A stretch of DNA of 32,000 nucleotides from Opitutia bacterium KCR 482 (GCA_029269845.2 CP149973.1:732328-764327), one strand, 5' to 3'; positions 17,873 to 25,549 are shown, counted from the stretch's first letter. The notes: a model not told the origin generated them from the letters alone. Numbers and translations: made by a program.

Positions 17873-17904
17873 AAGCCCCGCGATTCGGAAAAATCGCGGG
17901 GCTT
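17873..17904. terminator. Perfect 13-bp hairpin between the convergent ftsZ and nagB genes (probable bidirectional terminator)
   Basis: AAGCCCCGCGATT (17873-17885) pairs with AATCGCGGGGCTT (17892-17904), loop CGGAAA. On the minus strand it is followed by GTGTCTTTTG. There is no clean T-run on the plus strand. Confidence 0.55.
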
Positions 17905-17966
17905 GCCTGCTATTATACTATGAGTCGGCGCGGGGAGACGCGCCGCATTTATCTATCGAGGGAAAT

Positions 17967-18749
17967 TTACGCTTCGGGAAACGGCTTGCGCTCGGCAACC
18001 CATTTGTAGTAGTCGCGCAGTTTCAGCTTCGACGCCGCGGCTTCGTCGAGAAACACCTTTGTGTTGGGGTGCATTTGCAAAACCGACGCGGGCACCATCG
18101 AAGTTATCGCGCCCTCCGCCATGGCGGCGACCGCCTCCGCCTTAGACTCTCCGAACGCGAGCATGACGATTGTCTCCGCCTCCATGATAGTGCCTACGCC
18201 CATCGTCAAAACATGCCTCGGAACGGAGTCGGGATTGCCTCCGAAAAACCGCGCGTTGTCGCGCACGGTCTCGCGCGTGAGCGTCTTCATGCGCGTGCGC
18301 GACGCAAGCGAAGACGACGGCTCGTTGAAGCCTATGTGGCCGTCGCCGCCGATTCCCAAAATTTGCAGTTCTATTCCGCCCGCGTTTTTAATCGCCCTTT
18401 CGTACGCGGCGCACGCAAAGACGGGGTTTTCCGCAGTGCCGTCGGGTATGTGGGTGTCGGCGGGGTCGATGTCGATTTTGTCGAAAAAATTAGAGCGCAT
18501 GTAGTAGGCGTAGGAGTTTTTGTCGTCCCGCCCAATTCCCACGTATTCGTCGAGGTTGAAGGAAACCGCCTTGGAAAAACTAAGCTCGCCGCTTTCGTAC
18601 TTTTTGACGAGGTTCGCGTAGAGTCCGAGCGGTGTTTCGCCCGTCGCCAAACCGAGCACGATGCGCGGATTCCTCTTGACCGCGTTTGCAACGAAATCCG
18701 CGGCGGCGTCTCCCGCCGCAAGCCTGTCGGGGTATATGTTTATTTCCAT
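17967..18749 (-). CDS. nagB: Glucosamine-6-phosphate deaminase NagB
   Basis: Begins MEINIYPDRLAAG... (ATG at 18749). Motifs LGLATGETPLGLY, FNLDEYVG and GIGGDGHIGFNEP are present. The 418-aa track ORF carries a spurious Arg-rich 158-aa N-terminal extension that overlaps the upstream gene. Confidence 0.9.
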   Translation of the reverse strand: MEINIYPDRLAAGDAAADFVANAVKRNPRIVLGLATGETPLGLYANLVKKYESGELSFSKAVSFNLDEYVGIGRDDKNSYAYYMRSNFFDKIDIDPADTHIPDGTAENPVFACAAYERAIKNAGGIELQILGIGGDGHIGFNEPSSSLASRTRMKTLTRETVRDNARFFGGNPDSVPRHVLTMGVGTIMEAETIVMLAFGESKAEAVAAMAEGAITSMVPASVLQMHPNTKVFLDEAAASKLKLRDYYKWVAERKPFPEA

Positions 18750-19648
18750 AGCTGCTCCAAAAGTGTCGAGACCGATTCTTCCGCCGTGAGGATTTTCGAG
18801 GCAAACGCGGGCCTCCACGCCGCCCCGCGCCGCGCGAGCACGCGGTAGTTTTGCCCGAACGCGAACTTGGGGGCGTCGCCGCCCTGCCCTCCGACGATTT
18901 CCGCACCGCGGCGCACGTTGTCGGTAAAATACGAGACGAGGTTCAGGTGGTAGGGGTTGCGCTCGACCTCTTTTGTGTGGCACGAAAGCGCGCCCGTCAT
19001 CGCCGCCAAAATTTCGGGCGAAACCTCCGAGAGCAGGTTCGGGTTCTCCATCGCCTGCCAGAGTTCGGTCTGAATGTACACACCGCTCCACGACAGCGTT
19101 TTCAGCGCGTCGGAAACAAGCAGCGACGTTCCGATGTGCGACTTGTTCCAGTCGCGCGGGTGCGGCGCGAAGACGACCGCGGGCTTTTTCCTTTCGATTA
19201 GCGCGGCGACTTTGCCGACGCATTCCGCCCAGTATTCAAGCTCGCCCGAACGCGTCTTTTTTGCAATGCGCTCGAAGCCGAAAACCGACATTCCCCAACC
19301 GAGGAAGTCGCAGGCGTCGGCAAGCTCCGCCTTGCGCGGTTTCTGCCGCGCCCTGTTCGAGCCGAGCGTTACAGCGGCGTCGATTACGTCGAAGCCGCAT
19401 TCGGTCATGAAGCGAAGAGGCAGGGAGTTCATGCACTCGTCGTCGGGGTGCGGGGCGAAGATGAGGACGGTCGGTTTCAAGCCGATTTTCGAAAGTTTTG
19501 CGGCAAGGCGTTTGCGCTCGTCCAAGTCGGTCTTTACAAAGTCGGAGAGGCGTTTTCCGCCGAACGCCGCGGATTTGCCCGTCTTGACGAGCTTTGCGGA
19601 CTCGACGTTTTGGCGCACATTTTTAATAAACTCGAAATACGTTTTCAT
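18740..19648 (-). CDS. PIG-L/LmbE-family N-acetylglucosaminyl deacetylase
   Basis: 302 aa with the family motif VLIFAPHPDDE and a second His-containing motif FAPHPRDWNKSH. Its stop overlaps the nagB start by 10 nt. Confidence 0.8.
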   Translation of the reverse strand: MKTYFEFIKNVRQNVESAKLVKTGKSAAFGGKRLSDFVKTDLDERKRLAAKLSKIGLKPTVLIFAPHPDDECMNSLPLRFMTECGFDVIDAAVTLGSNRARQKPRKAELADACDFLGWGMSVFGFERIAKKTRSGELEYWAECVGKVAALIERKKPAVVFAPHPRDWNKSHIGTSLLVSDALKTLSWSGVYIQTELWQAMENPNLLSEVSPEILAAMTGALSCHTKEVERNPYHLNLVSYFTDNVRRGAEIVGGQGGDAPKFAFGQNYRVLARRGAAWRPAFASKILTAEESVSTLLEQLWK

Positions 19649-19652
19649 TGTT

Positions 19653-19709
19653 CCGAAACATAGGCGCGAGCGTTTCGGTATTCAATTTAAAAAACCGCGC
19701 ACTTGCGCG
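19653..19709 (-). promoter_or_regulatory. Structured 5' leader of the deacetylase-nagB operon
   Basis: Read on the minus strand, CGCGC-AAGT-GCGCG (19696-19709) is followed by T6. CCGAAAC (19672-19678) then pairs with GTTTCGG (19653-19659), and that arm ends 4 nt before the ATG at 19648. Confidence 0.3.
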
Positions 19710-19826
19710 AATATCAAAATAGTTAAAAGTGCGGCGTTTTGTGTGCAAACAGCGCGCCGCATTTTACAATCGCCGCTTCGGCGGCGGAGAAATTCGGAGG
19801 CGGTCATTGCAATCTCAGCCGAATGC

Positions 19827-19856
19827 AAAAAAAAAGCGGCGGGCGAAAATCCGCCC
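19827..19856 (-). terminator. Weak terminator-like hairpin plus T9 (minus strand), third in a tandem series
   Basis: GGCGG (19838-19842) pairs with CCGCC (19851-19855). The A9 run at 19827-19835 reads as T9 on the minus strand. Confidence 0.3.
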
Positions 19857-19905
19857 CACTACGCGCCCGACACGCGCAGGAAACAAGGCAACGTTTTGCA
19901 TAAAC

Positions 19906-19930
19906 AAAAAAACGCCCCAGCCCACGGGCG
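19906..19930 (-). terminator. Terminator-like hairpin plus T7 (minus strand), second in a tandem series
   Basis: CGCCC (19913-19917) pairs with GGGCG (19926-19930) across an 8-nt loop. The A7 run at 19906-19912 reads as T7 on the minus strand. Confidence 0.4.
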
Positions 19931-19979
19931 GAATGACAACACCCGCGCGGGATTTATGCGCGTGCTAGCATTTAAGCAC

Positions 19980-20009
19980 AAAAAAAGCCGCCCGATTGGG
20001 CGGCCTTTT
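19980..20009 (-). terminator. Rho-independent terminator of the outer-membrane protein gene
   Basis: A 7-bp all-GC stem, GCCGCCC (19987-19993) with GGGCGGC (19998-20004), has loop GATT. It is flanked by A7 (T7 on the minus strand) and starts about 20 nt past the stop codon at 20024. Confidence 0.7.
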
Positions 20010-20023
20010 CAAAGTGTTTTAGA

Positions 20024-20809
20024 TTATCTGTTGAAACCGATTTTGAATTTCAGACCGATGATGTCACCGTGTCTGTAATTCACGTTAACAGGGTCGCCGT
20101 TGCCGTCTATGTATGTGTCGGTATAGCCGAAGTTGTGCGTCCAGAAAGCCGAGAAGCAGAACTGTTCCGTGAACCAGTATGCGAGTTCCGCCGTTACGAC
20201 TTGGTAGCACGCCTTGCCCGATTCCGCATTGCCCCTCCACTGCCATGTGGGAGTGAACGAGAGCTGGTCGAGAATTACGAATTCGACGCCGCCGCCTACG
20301 CCGTAGATGAAGTAGTTGGAAGAGCCGTCAGTGCCCGTGGACTGGTCGGAGGAAACGTCGTTCCAAGCGTAGCCCGCATATGCGATACCGAAGGGCTTGA
20401 TTGCTTTGAGAGCGGGAAGCTTTGTTTCGATGTTGAGATAGGGGGTGAGACCTACGCCAACGGAATATGTGTTAGAAGCGACGCCGCTGAGGTCGTCGTT
20501 AACCTTGAACTTGCCGGAATAGTCGTAATTAAAGAATGCGTTGGCGTCTACGCCAGCCCATTTAATGTCGCGGAAAGCGTTTACGCCGGGTTTGAATACG
20601 GGGGCATTGATGACGGCTTCGCCGTACCCGCCGGTGGGGTTGAGGGTATTGCCGTCAGCCTTGACTTTCGCCATGTTTACGCCGCCGCCGAGGCTTACGT
20701 ACATGCGCCCGAGGTTGCCGGTATTTTCGCTTTTCTTAGTCCACGCAAATGCGGAAGCAGCCGCAAGGATAAGGGATACAGAGATGAGGGTGAATTTTTT
20801 CATATTCAT
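20024..20809 (-). CDS. Outer-membrane beta-barrel protein (OmpA-barrel/OmpW-like small porin class)
   Basis: Starts MNMKKFTLISVSLILAAASAFA (signal peptide; ATG at 20809 or 20803). The sequence then alternates aromatic and Gly/Asn/Thr-rich beta-strand patterns and ends ..GLKFKIGFNR. The track ORF start at 20908 is an extension. Confidence 0.75.
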   Translation of the reverse strand: MNMKKFTLISVSLILAAASAFAWTKKSENTGNLGRMYVSLGGGVNMAKVKADGNTLNPTGGYGEAVINAPVFKPGVNAFRDIKWAGVDANAFFNYDYSGKFKVNDDLSGVASNTYSVGVGLTPYLNIETKLPALKAIKPFGIAYAGYAWNDVSSDQSTGTDGSSNYFIYGVGGGVEFVILDQLSFTPTWQWRGNAESGKACYQVVTAELAYWFTEQFCFSAFWTHNFGYTDTYIDGNGDPVNVNYRHGDIIGLKFKIGFNR

Positions 20810-20912
20810 AAATTTGAAAGTTATCCTAATCGCGCTTTTGCAAATGTAAAGCTTTTTTAAAACAAAAATGAATCCGCCGCGAGGCGGGCGTAAGTAAAGG
20901 CGGGACATCTAC

Positions 20913-20940
20913 TTGACTTTTTGCGGGGAATGCCGATACT
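20913..20940 (+). promoter_or_regulatory. Sigma70-like promoter candidate for the alcohol dehydrogenase gene
   Basis: TTGACT (20913-20918), a 16-nt spacer, then GATACT (20935-20940). The ATG lies only 9 nt further at 20950, so the leader would be very short or absent. Confidence 0.3.
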
Positions 20941-20949
20941 TTTCAAATT

Positions 20950-22104
20950 ATGAACTCTTTTATATTATACAATCCCACCAAACTCGTTTTCGGAGTCGGC
21001 GAGACTTCGAAGCTGGCGCAGCTCGTTCCCGCAAAGGCGCGGGTGCTTCTCGTATACGGCGGCGGAAGCGTCAAGAAAAACGGCTCGTACGACCAGACGG
21101 TCGCGGCTCTCGGCAAGAGGAAAGTCGTGGAATTTTCGGGAATAGAGGCTAACCCCGAATACGAAACATGCCTTAAAGCGGTCGAAGTTGCGCGTAAAAA
21201 CAGGCTCGACTTCGTGCTGGCTCTCGGCGGCGGAAGCGTGATAGACGCATGCAAATTCATCGCAGCCGCCGTGCCTTTCAAGGGCAAAAATCCGTGGAGC
21301 ATTCTGACGTCGTACGGAAGCAACGTCAAAGAGGCGCTCCCGCTGGGAACGGTGCTCACAATCCCCGCGACAGGCTCGGAAATGAACCCGAACTCCGTCA
21401 TCAGCCGCAGGGCGACCTCCGAAAAGCTCGCCTTTGCGAGCGACCTCGTATTCCCCGTGTTCTCGGTGCTCGACCCCACTTTCACGCTCACCCTCCCCGA
21501 CAGGCAGATTTCGAACGGCGTAGTAGACGCTTTCGTGCACGTCATGGAGCAGTACTGCACGCGCCCCTCCGACGCCCCCATTCAGGACGGATTCTCCGAA
21601 ACCATCCTGCGCACGCTCGTGGCGGAAGGCCCGAAAGCCCTCAAAAAGAAGGACGACATCGCAGTGCGGGCAAACATCATGTTCTCGGCGACAATGGCGC
21701 TGAACAAGCTCATCTGCGTGGGCGTTCCCGAAGACTGGGCAACGCACCTTATCGGGCACGAAATCACCGCGCTTTACGGAATAGACCACGCGCAGTCGCT
21801 GGCGGTCGTCATGCCGAAGCTGCTCTCGTACAAGCGGGCGGCGAAGGGCGATAAAATCGTGCAGCTTGGCAGAAACGTGTTCGGAATTTCCGAAAAATCC
21901 AAAAAGGCGGCAATCGACAAAACGATTGAAGCGATTGTAAAATTCTTCAAGAAGATGAAAATCGGGACGGAATTTGCCGACTACAAAATCGACGCAAACG
22001 CCGCCCCCGCAAAGGTCGCAGCGAACGTCGCAAAACACTTCACCGCGCTCGGCGAAAACGCCGACATCACGCCCGCCGACGTCGAAAAGCTACTGAAACT
22101 CTAA
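20950..22104 (+). CDS. yqhD: Iron-containing (group III) NADPH-dependent alcohol dehydrogenase/aldehyde reductase, YqhD-like
   Basis: 384 aa. YGGGSVKKNG, FSGIEANPEYET, GGGSVIDACKFIAAA, LTIPATGSE and LDPTFTLTLPDRQISNGVVDAFVHVMEQY closely parallel E. coli YqhD as I remember it. Confidence 0.88.
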   Translation: MNSFILYNPTKLVFGVGETSKLAQLVPAKARVLLVYGGGSVKKNGSYDQTVAALGKRKVVEFSGIEANPEYETCLKAVEVARKNRLDFVLALGGGSVIDACKFIAAAVPFKGKNPWSILTSYGSNVKEALPLGTVLTIPATGSEMNPNSVISRRATSEKLAFASDLVFPVFSVLDPTFTLTLPDRQISNGVVDAFVHVMEQYCTRPSDAPIQDGFSETILRTLVAEGPKALKKKDDIAVRANIMFSATMALNKLICVGVPEDWATHLIGHEITALYGIDHAQSLAVVMPKLLSYKRAAKGDKIVQLGRNVFGISEKSKKAAIDKTIEAIVKFFKKMKIGTEFADYKIDANAAPAKVAANVAKHFTALGENADITPADVEKLLKL

Positions 22105-22128
22105 GCCCCCCAGACAGGCAAAAAACGC

Positions 22129-22165
22129 AAAACGCCCCGCGCCGAAAATGCGGGGCGTTTTTTGT
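22129..22165. terminator. Bidirectional rho-independent terminator after the dehydrogenase gene
   Basis: AAAACGCCCCGC (22129-22140) pairs with GCGGGGCGTTTT (22150-22161), loop GCCGAAAAT. There is a T-run on the plus strand and an A-run upstream. Confidence 0.75.
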
Positions 22166-22259
22166 GTCCGCCCTCCACGCAAACGCCAAGCCGCATTGCG
22201 GCGACGCGTTCTGGACGGGCGCGTTTTGAAATGCCCCTGCCGCCGTACGAACGGGGCGC

Positions 22260-22299
22260 AAAAAAAATCGGGCGGCGCGTTCAATGTCTCCCGATTTTT
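22260..22299 (-). terminator. Candidate terminator downstream of the hdeD-like gene
   Basis: ATCGGG (22267-22272) pairs with CCCGAT (22290-22295) across a 17-nt loop. It is flanked by A8 (T8 on the minus strand) and T5. The large loop lowers confidence. Confidence 0.4.
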
Positions 22300-22335
22300 G
22301 CAAAGCGCAATATTCTTTGCTTCGCCGAACGAATC

Positions 22336-22854
22336 CTATTGTTTTGATTCGCAGTGTTTGCAAATCGGGGTTTTGTTCGGACTTCCCATGAAGCCGAAAA
22401 TCCCCCTGAACACGAGGTCGATTCCGACGAGCACGCCCAAGAACCACAGGGCGTCGGAAATGTTCGCGAGCACAAGAACTCCCAGCACAAGGCTAATCAC
22501 CGCATTGAACAGCGCGACCGCCGAATTTTGCGCCGCGCACCAGTACACCAGCATCAGCACGCCCTCGGCGAAGAACACCGCCCCCAGCGCGACCGCCACG
22601 GCGACTATTCCGAGCGAGGGGAACATCAGCATGCACGCGCCGCCTATTGCGTATATCGCCGCAAGCACAATGCAGAGAAGCCCGCGCCAAAATCCGCCCG
22701 ACGACGGAATGCCCGCGAGCGCAAAGAACGCCCCGCACAGCATCGCAATCCCCACGATGATTTCGACCGAAAACGAGCTTGCCAGCGGATAGCAAATGCA
22801 CAACGCGCCCACTATTACATAAAGAACGTTCCATATTTTCGCCCGATTGCTCAT
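22336..22854 (-). CDS. HdeD/DUF308-like small polytopic membrane protein
   Basis: 172 aa from MSNRAKIWNVLYVIVGAL... with about six Gly/Ala-rich TM segments in the HdeD-family pattern. ATG 22854 overlaps the SOD stop (ATGA). Confidence 0.55.
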   Translation of the reverse strand: MSNRAKIWNVLYVIVGALCICYPLASSFSVEIIVGIAMLCGAFFALAGIPSSGGFWRGLLCIVLAAIYAIGGACMLMFPSLGIVAVAVALGAVFFAEGVLMLVYWCAAQNSAVALFNAVISLVLGVLVLANISDALWFLGVLVGIDLVFRGIFGFMGSPNKTPICKHCESKQ

Positions 22855-23606
22855 GATTTTACCACCTTTCCGCATTTGGAGATTTTGTCGAAACGCTCGC
22901 TCACGCGCTTCCAGTTAATCAAATTCCAGAGGGCTTCAACATAGTCGGCGCGGCGGTTGCGGTATTTAATATAGTAGGCATGCTCCCAGACGTCGAAGCA
23001 GAGAATGGGCTTCATGCCGCACGGCGCGACGTCCTTGCCCATGACGGGCGAATCCTGATTCGCCGTCGCGCAGATTTTGAGCTTGCCGTCGGGAAGCACA
23101 CCGAGCCACGCCCAGCCGCTGCCGAACTGCCCCATCGCCGCCGCCGTCATCGTCTTCCGGAAATTCTCGAAAGACCCGAACGAATCCTTAATTGCGCATA
23201 AAAGCTCGTCCGACGGGTGGGTCTTCTGCGGAGACAGCCCGCGCCAGTAAAATTCGTGGTTCGCGACTCCCCCGCCGTTGTTGCGCACCGCCGCACGAAT
23301 GGACACGGGAACGGCGTCGAGGTTTGAAATCAGCTCGCAGACCGAACCGTCGAACTTAAACGAAGGCTCCGACGCGAGCGCGGCGTTGAGCTTTTCGACG
23401 TACGCCGCCTGATGCTTTCCGTGGTGGAGCGCGACGGTTTCGGCGTCAATCCACGGTTCGAGGGCGTTTTCCGGATATTCCAGAGGGGTAAGGGTATATT
23501 TCATTGTCTTGTCTTCATTTTGATTGTTTTCCGCCCCGAACGACACAAACGCGAAAATCACTGACGCGAACGCTATCGACGGATATTTTGCAAACGGAAG
23601 TTTCAT
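22851..23606 (-). CDS. sodA: Fe/Mn-family superoxide dismutase (Mn-type signature) with a putative N-terminal signal peptide
   Basis: HHGKHQAAY, NNGGGVANHEFYW, ATANQDSP and DVWEHAYYIKYRNRRADY are Fe/Mn-SOD motifs; Gln in the NQD motif is Mn-type. The canonical N-terminus MKYTLTPLEYP begins at an internal ATG (23504). A further 34 aa upstream, MKLPFAKYPSIAFASVIFAFVSFGAENN.., look like a signal peptide. Confidence 0.9.
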   Translation of the reverse strand: MKLPFAKYPSIAFASVIFAFVSFGAENNQNEDKTMKYTLTPLEYPENALEPWIDAETVALHHGKHQAAYVEKLNAALASEPSFKFDGSVCELISNLDAVPVSIRAAVRNNGGGVANHEFYWRGLSPQKTHPSDELLCAIKDSFGSFENFRKTMTAAAMGQFGSGWAWLGVLPDGKLKICATANQDSPVMGKDVAPCGMKPILCFDVWEHAYYIKYRNRRADYVEALWNLINWKRVSERFDKISKCGKVVKS

Positions 23607-23749
23607 GCAAAATATATCGGACGCATTGCGGAAAAATAAAGCCCCCCTCCCTCCGCAGGCGCATTCCGCCCTCCGACGCGCCGCCGCGTTAAAAAGTGCT
23701 TGCTAAGGGAGCGGAAATTTAAGATTGTGGAAAGTATTAGCGTATACAG

Positions 23750-25549
23750 ATGGAAAATTTGGAAAACATCAGAAACTTTTGCATTATCGCGCACGTCGAC
23801 CACGGCAAGACAACGCTCTCCGACCGTCTGCTCGAAAGGACGGGCACTATCCAGAAACGCGAAATGCAGGACCAAATGCTCGACTCCATGGACTTGGAGC
23901 GCGAACGCGGCATCACAATCAAATGCCACCCCGTTACGATGGAATACGTCCGCGACGGCAAAAAATACCTTTTAAACCTCATCGACACCCCCGGACACGT
24001 AGACTTCTCCTACGAAGTTTCGCGCTCGCTCGCCGCGTGCGAGGGCGCGATTCTGCTCATCGACGCCGCGCAGGGGGTCGAGGCGCAGACGGTGGCGAAC
24101 GCCCACTTGGCGGTTGCGCAGAACCTCGAAATTATCCCCGTAATCAACAAGGTCGATTTGCCAAGCGCGCAGCCAGACCTCTGCAAAAAACAGGTCGAGG
24201 ACATTCTGGCGATTCCCGCCGAAGACGCAATTTTGGCGAGCGGCAAATCGGGCATAGGCATAGACGAAATTCTCGACGCCGTTATCGACCGCGTTCCCCC
24301 TCCCCGCCTTGCCGACTATCCCGCCGTCCGCGCCCTCATTTTCGACTGCATTTTCGACGCCTACAAGGGCGTAATCTGCTACGTCCGCGTGTTCTCCGGC
24401 TCGATTAAACCCGGCGACGAAATAGTTTTCATGAGCAACGGACGCCGCACGACCGTCAAGGAAGTCGGCCGCTTCACGCCGTCGATGACCTCCGAACCCA
24501 CGCTCGACGCGGGCTGCACGGGCTACATCGTGGGGAACATCAAGGAGGTTGCGCACATCAGAATCGGCGACACTATCACGTCGGCGGCGAACCCCGCCGA
24601 GCAAATGCTCCACGGCTACAAAGAGGTGAAGCCGATGGTGTTTTCGGGCATATACCCCGTGGACACGTCGGAATACGAAAAACTGAAAGTTTCAATAGCA
24701 AAACTGCAACTGAACGACTCCGCGCTCGTGTATCAGGCGGAGACTTCCGTCGCGCTCGGCTTCGGCTTCCGCTGCGGATTCCTCGGGCTGCTCCACATGG
24801 AAATAGTCCAGGAACGCCTGCGCAGGGAGTACGACCTCGACATCATCTCGACCTACCCGAGCGTGGTCTATAAAATCGACCTGCAAGACGGCACGCAAAT
24901 CGAAATCGACAACCCCTGCCGCTTGCCCGACCCCACCACAATCAAGGCGATTTACGAGCCGATGATTGTGGCAAACATCATGATTCCCACGGAATCCATC
25001 GGAGACATGCTCGCGCTCGTCTCGGAAAAGCGCGGCTTCTGCCAAAAGACGGAGCTTATAGACGACACCCGCGTAATGCTCGTGTGCTCGATGCCGCTCA
25101 ACGAAATCCTCATCGACTTCAACGACAGGCTCAAAAGCATAACGCGCGGATACGGCAGCCTCGACTACGAAATGGACGGCTATGTCGAATCGAAACTCGT
25201 GCGGCTCGACATTCTCGTAAACGGCGAGCAGATAGACGCGTTCTCGTCAATCGTGCATGTCGAAAAGTCGGAGCAGAAGGGGCGCGCGCTCTGCGCAAAG
25301 CTCAAAGACATTCTGCCCAGACAGATGTTCAAGGTCGCCATTCAGGCGGCAATCGGCGGAAAAATCATAGCGAGGGAAACGATAGGCTCGTTCCGCAAGG
25401 ACGTTACCGCAAAATGCTACGGCGGCGACATCACCCGAAAGAAAAAACTGCTCGAAAAACAGAAAGAGGGCAAAAAACGCATGAAGCAAATCGGCAAAGT
25501 GTCGATTCCGCAGGAGGCGTTCGTGAACGTGCTGAAATCAAACGCGTAG
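23750..25549 (+). CDS. lepA: Translation elongation factor 4 (LepA)
   Basis: 599 aa. GTPase motifs IIAHVDHGKTTL, LIDTPGHVDF and NKVDL are present. The LepA-specific C-terminal domain ends CYGGDITRKKKLLEKQKEGKKRMKQIGKVSIPQEAF. Confidence 0.95.
   Translation: MENLENIRNFCIIAHVDHGKTTLSDRLLERTGTIQKREMQDQMLDSMDLERERGITIKCHPVTMEYVRDGKKYLLNLIDTPGHVDFSYEVSRSLAACEGAILLIDAAQGVEAQTVANAHLAVAQNLEIIPVINKVDLPSAQPDLCKKQVEDILAIPAEDAILASGKSGIGIDEILDAVIDRVPPPRLADYPAVRALIFDCIFDAYKGVICYVRVFSGSIKPGDEIVFMSNGRRTTVKEVGRFTPSMTSEPTLDAGCTGYIVGNIKEVAHIRIGDTITSAANPAEQMLHGYKEVKPMVFSGIYPVDTSEYEKLKVSIAKLQLNDSALVYQAETSVALGFGFRCGFLGLLHMEIVQERLRREYDLDIISTYPSVVYKIDLQDGTQIEIDNPCRLPDPTTIKAIYEPMIVANIMIPTESIGDMLALVSEKRGFCQKTELIDDTRVMLVCSMPLNEILIDFNDRLKSITRGYGSLDYEMDGYVESKLVRLDILVNGEQIDAFSSIVHVEKSEQKGRALCAKLKDILPRQMFKVAIQAAIGGKIIARETIGSFRKDVTAKCYGGDITRKKKLLEKQKEGKKRMKQIGKVSIPQEAFVNVLKSNA

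Noticed and set aside
19729-19968. 79-aa ORF (and other short ORFs) inside the 375-nt spacer between the OMP gene and the deacetylase gene
   Set aside because: It is a Lys/Arg-rich low-complexity translation on the strand opposite both flanking genes, and it spans the terminator hairpins. It is better explained as non-coding structured spacer.
19649-20023. Search by eye for a known ncRNA (SRP RNA, tmRNA, RNase P, 6S, glmS ribozyme, tRNA) in the largest intergenic regions. The same search covered 17763-17966, 22105-22335, 23607-23749 and 27212-27313.
   Set aside because: I found no conserved core motifs of these RNAs, only generic GC hairpins with U-tracts. A covariance-model scan would be needed to be certain.
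20024-20809. Lower G+C in the OMP gene, taken as a sign of horizontal transfer. Rough hand counts on two 60-nt samples gave about 45-52%, against about 70% in one sampled ftsA segment.
   Set aside because: Parts of the gene still use G/C-ending codons. The drop is largely explained by the Asn/Tyr/Lys/Phe/Thr-rich composition of a beta-barrel protein and possibly by expression-linked codon bias. No mobility genes or repeats flank it.
22148-22792. 214-aa + strand ORF overlapping the hdeD-like gene and the convergent spacer
   Set aside because: It lies antisense to a coherent six-TM protein, crosses two terminator hairpins and has no motifs.
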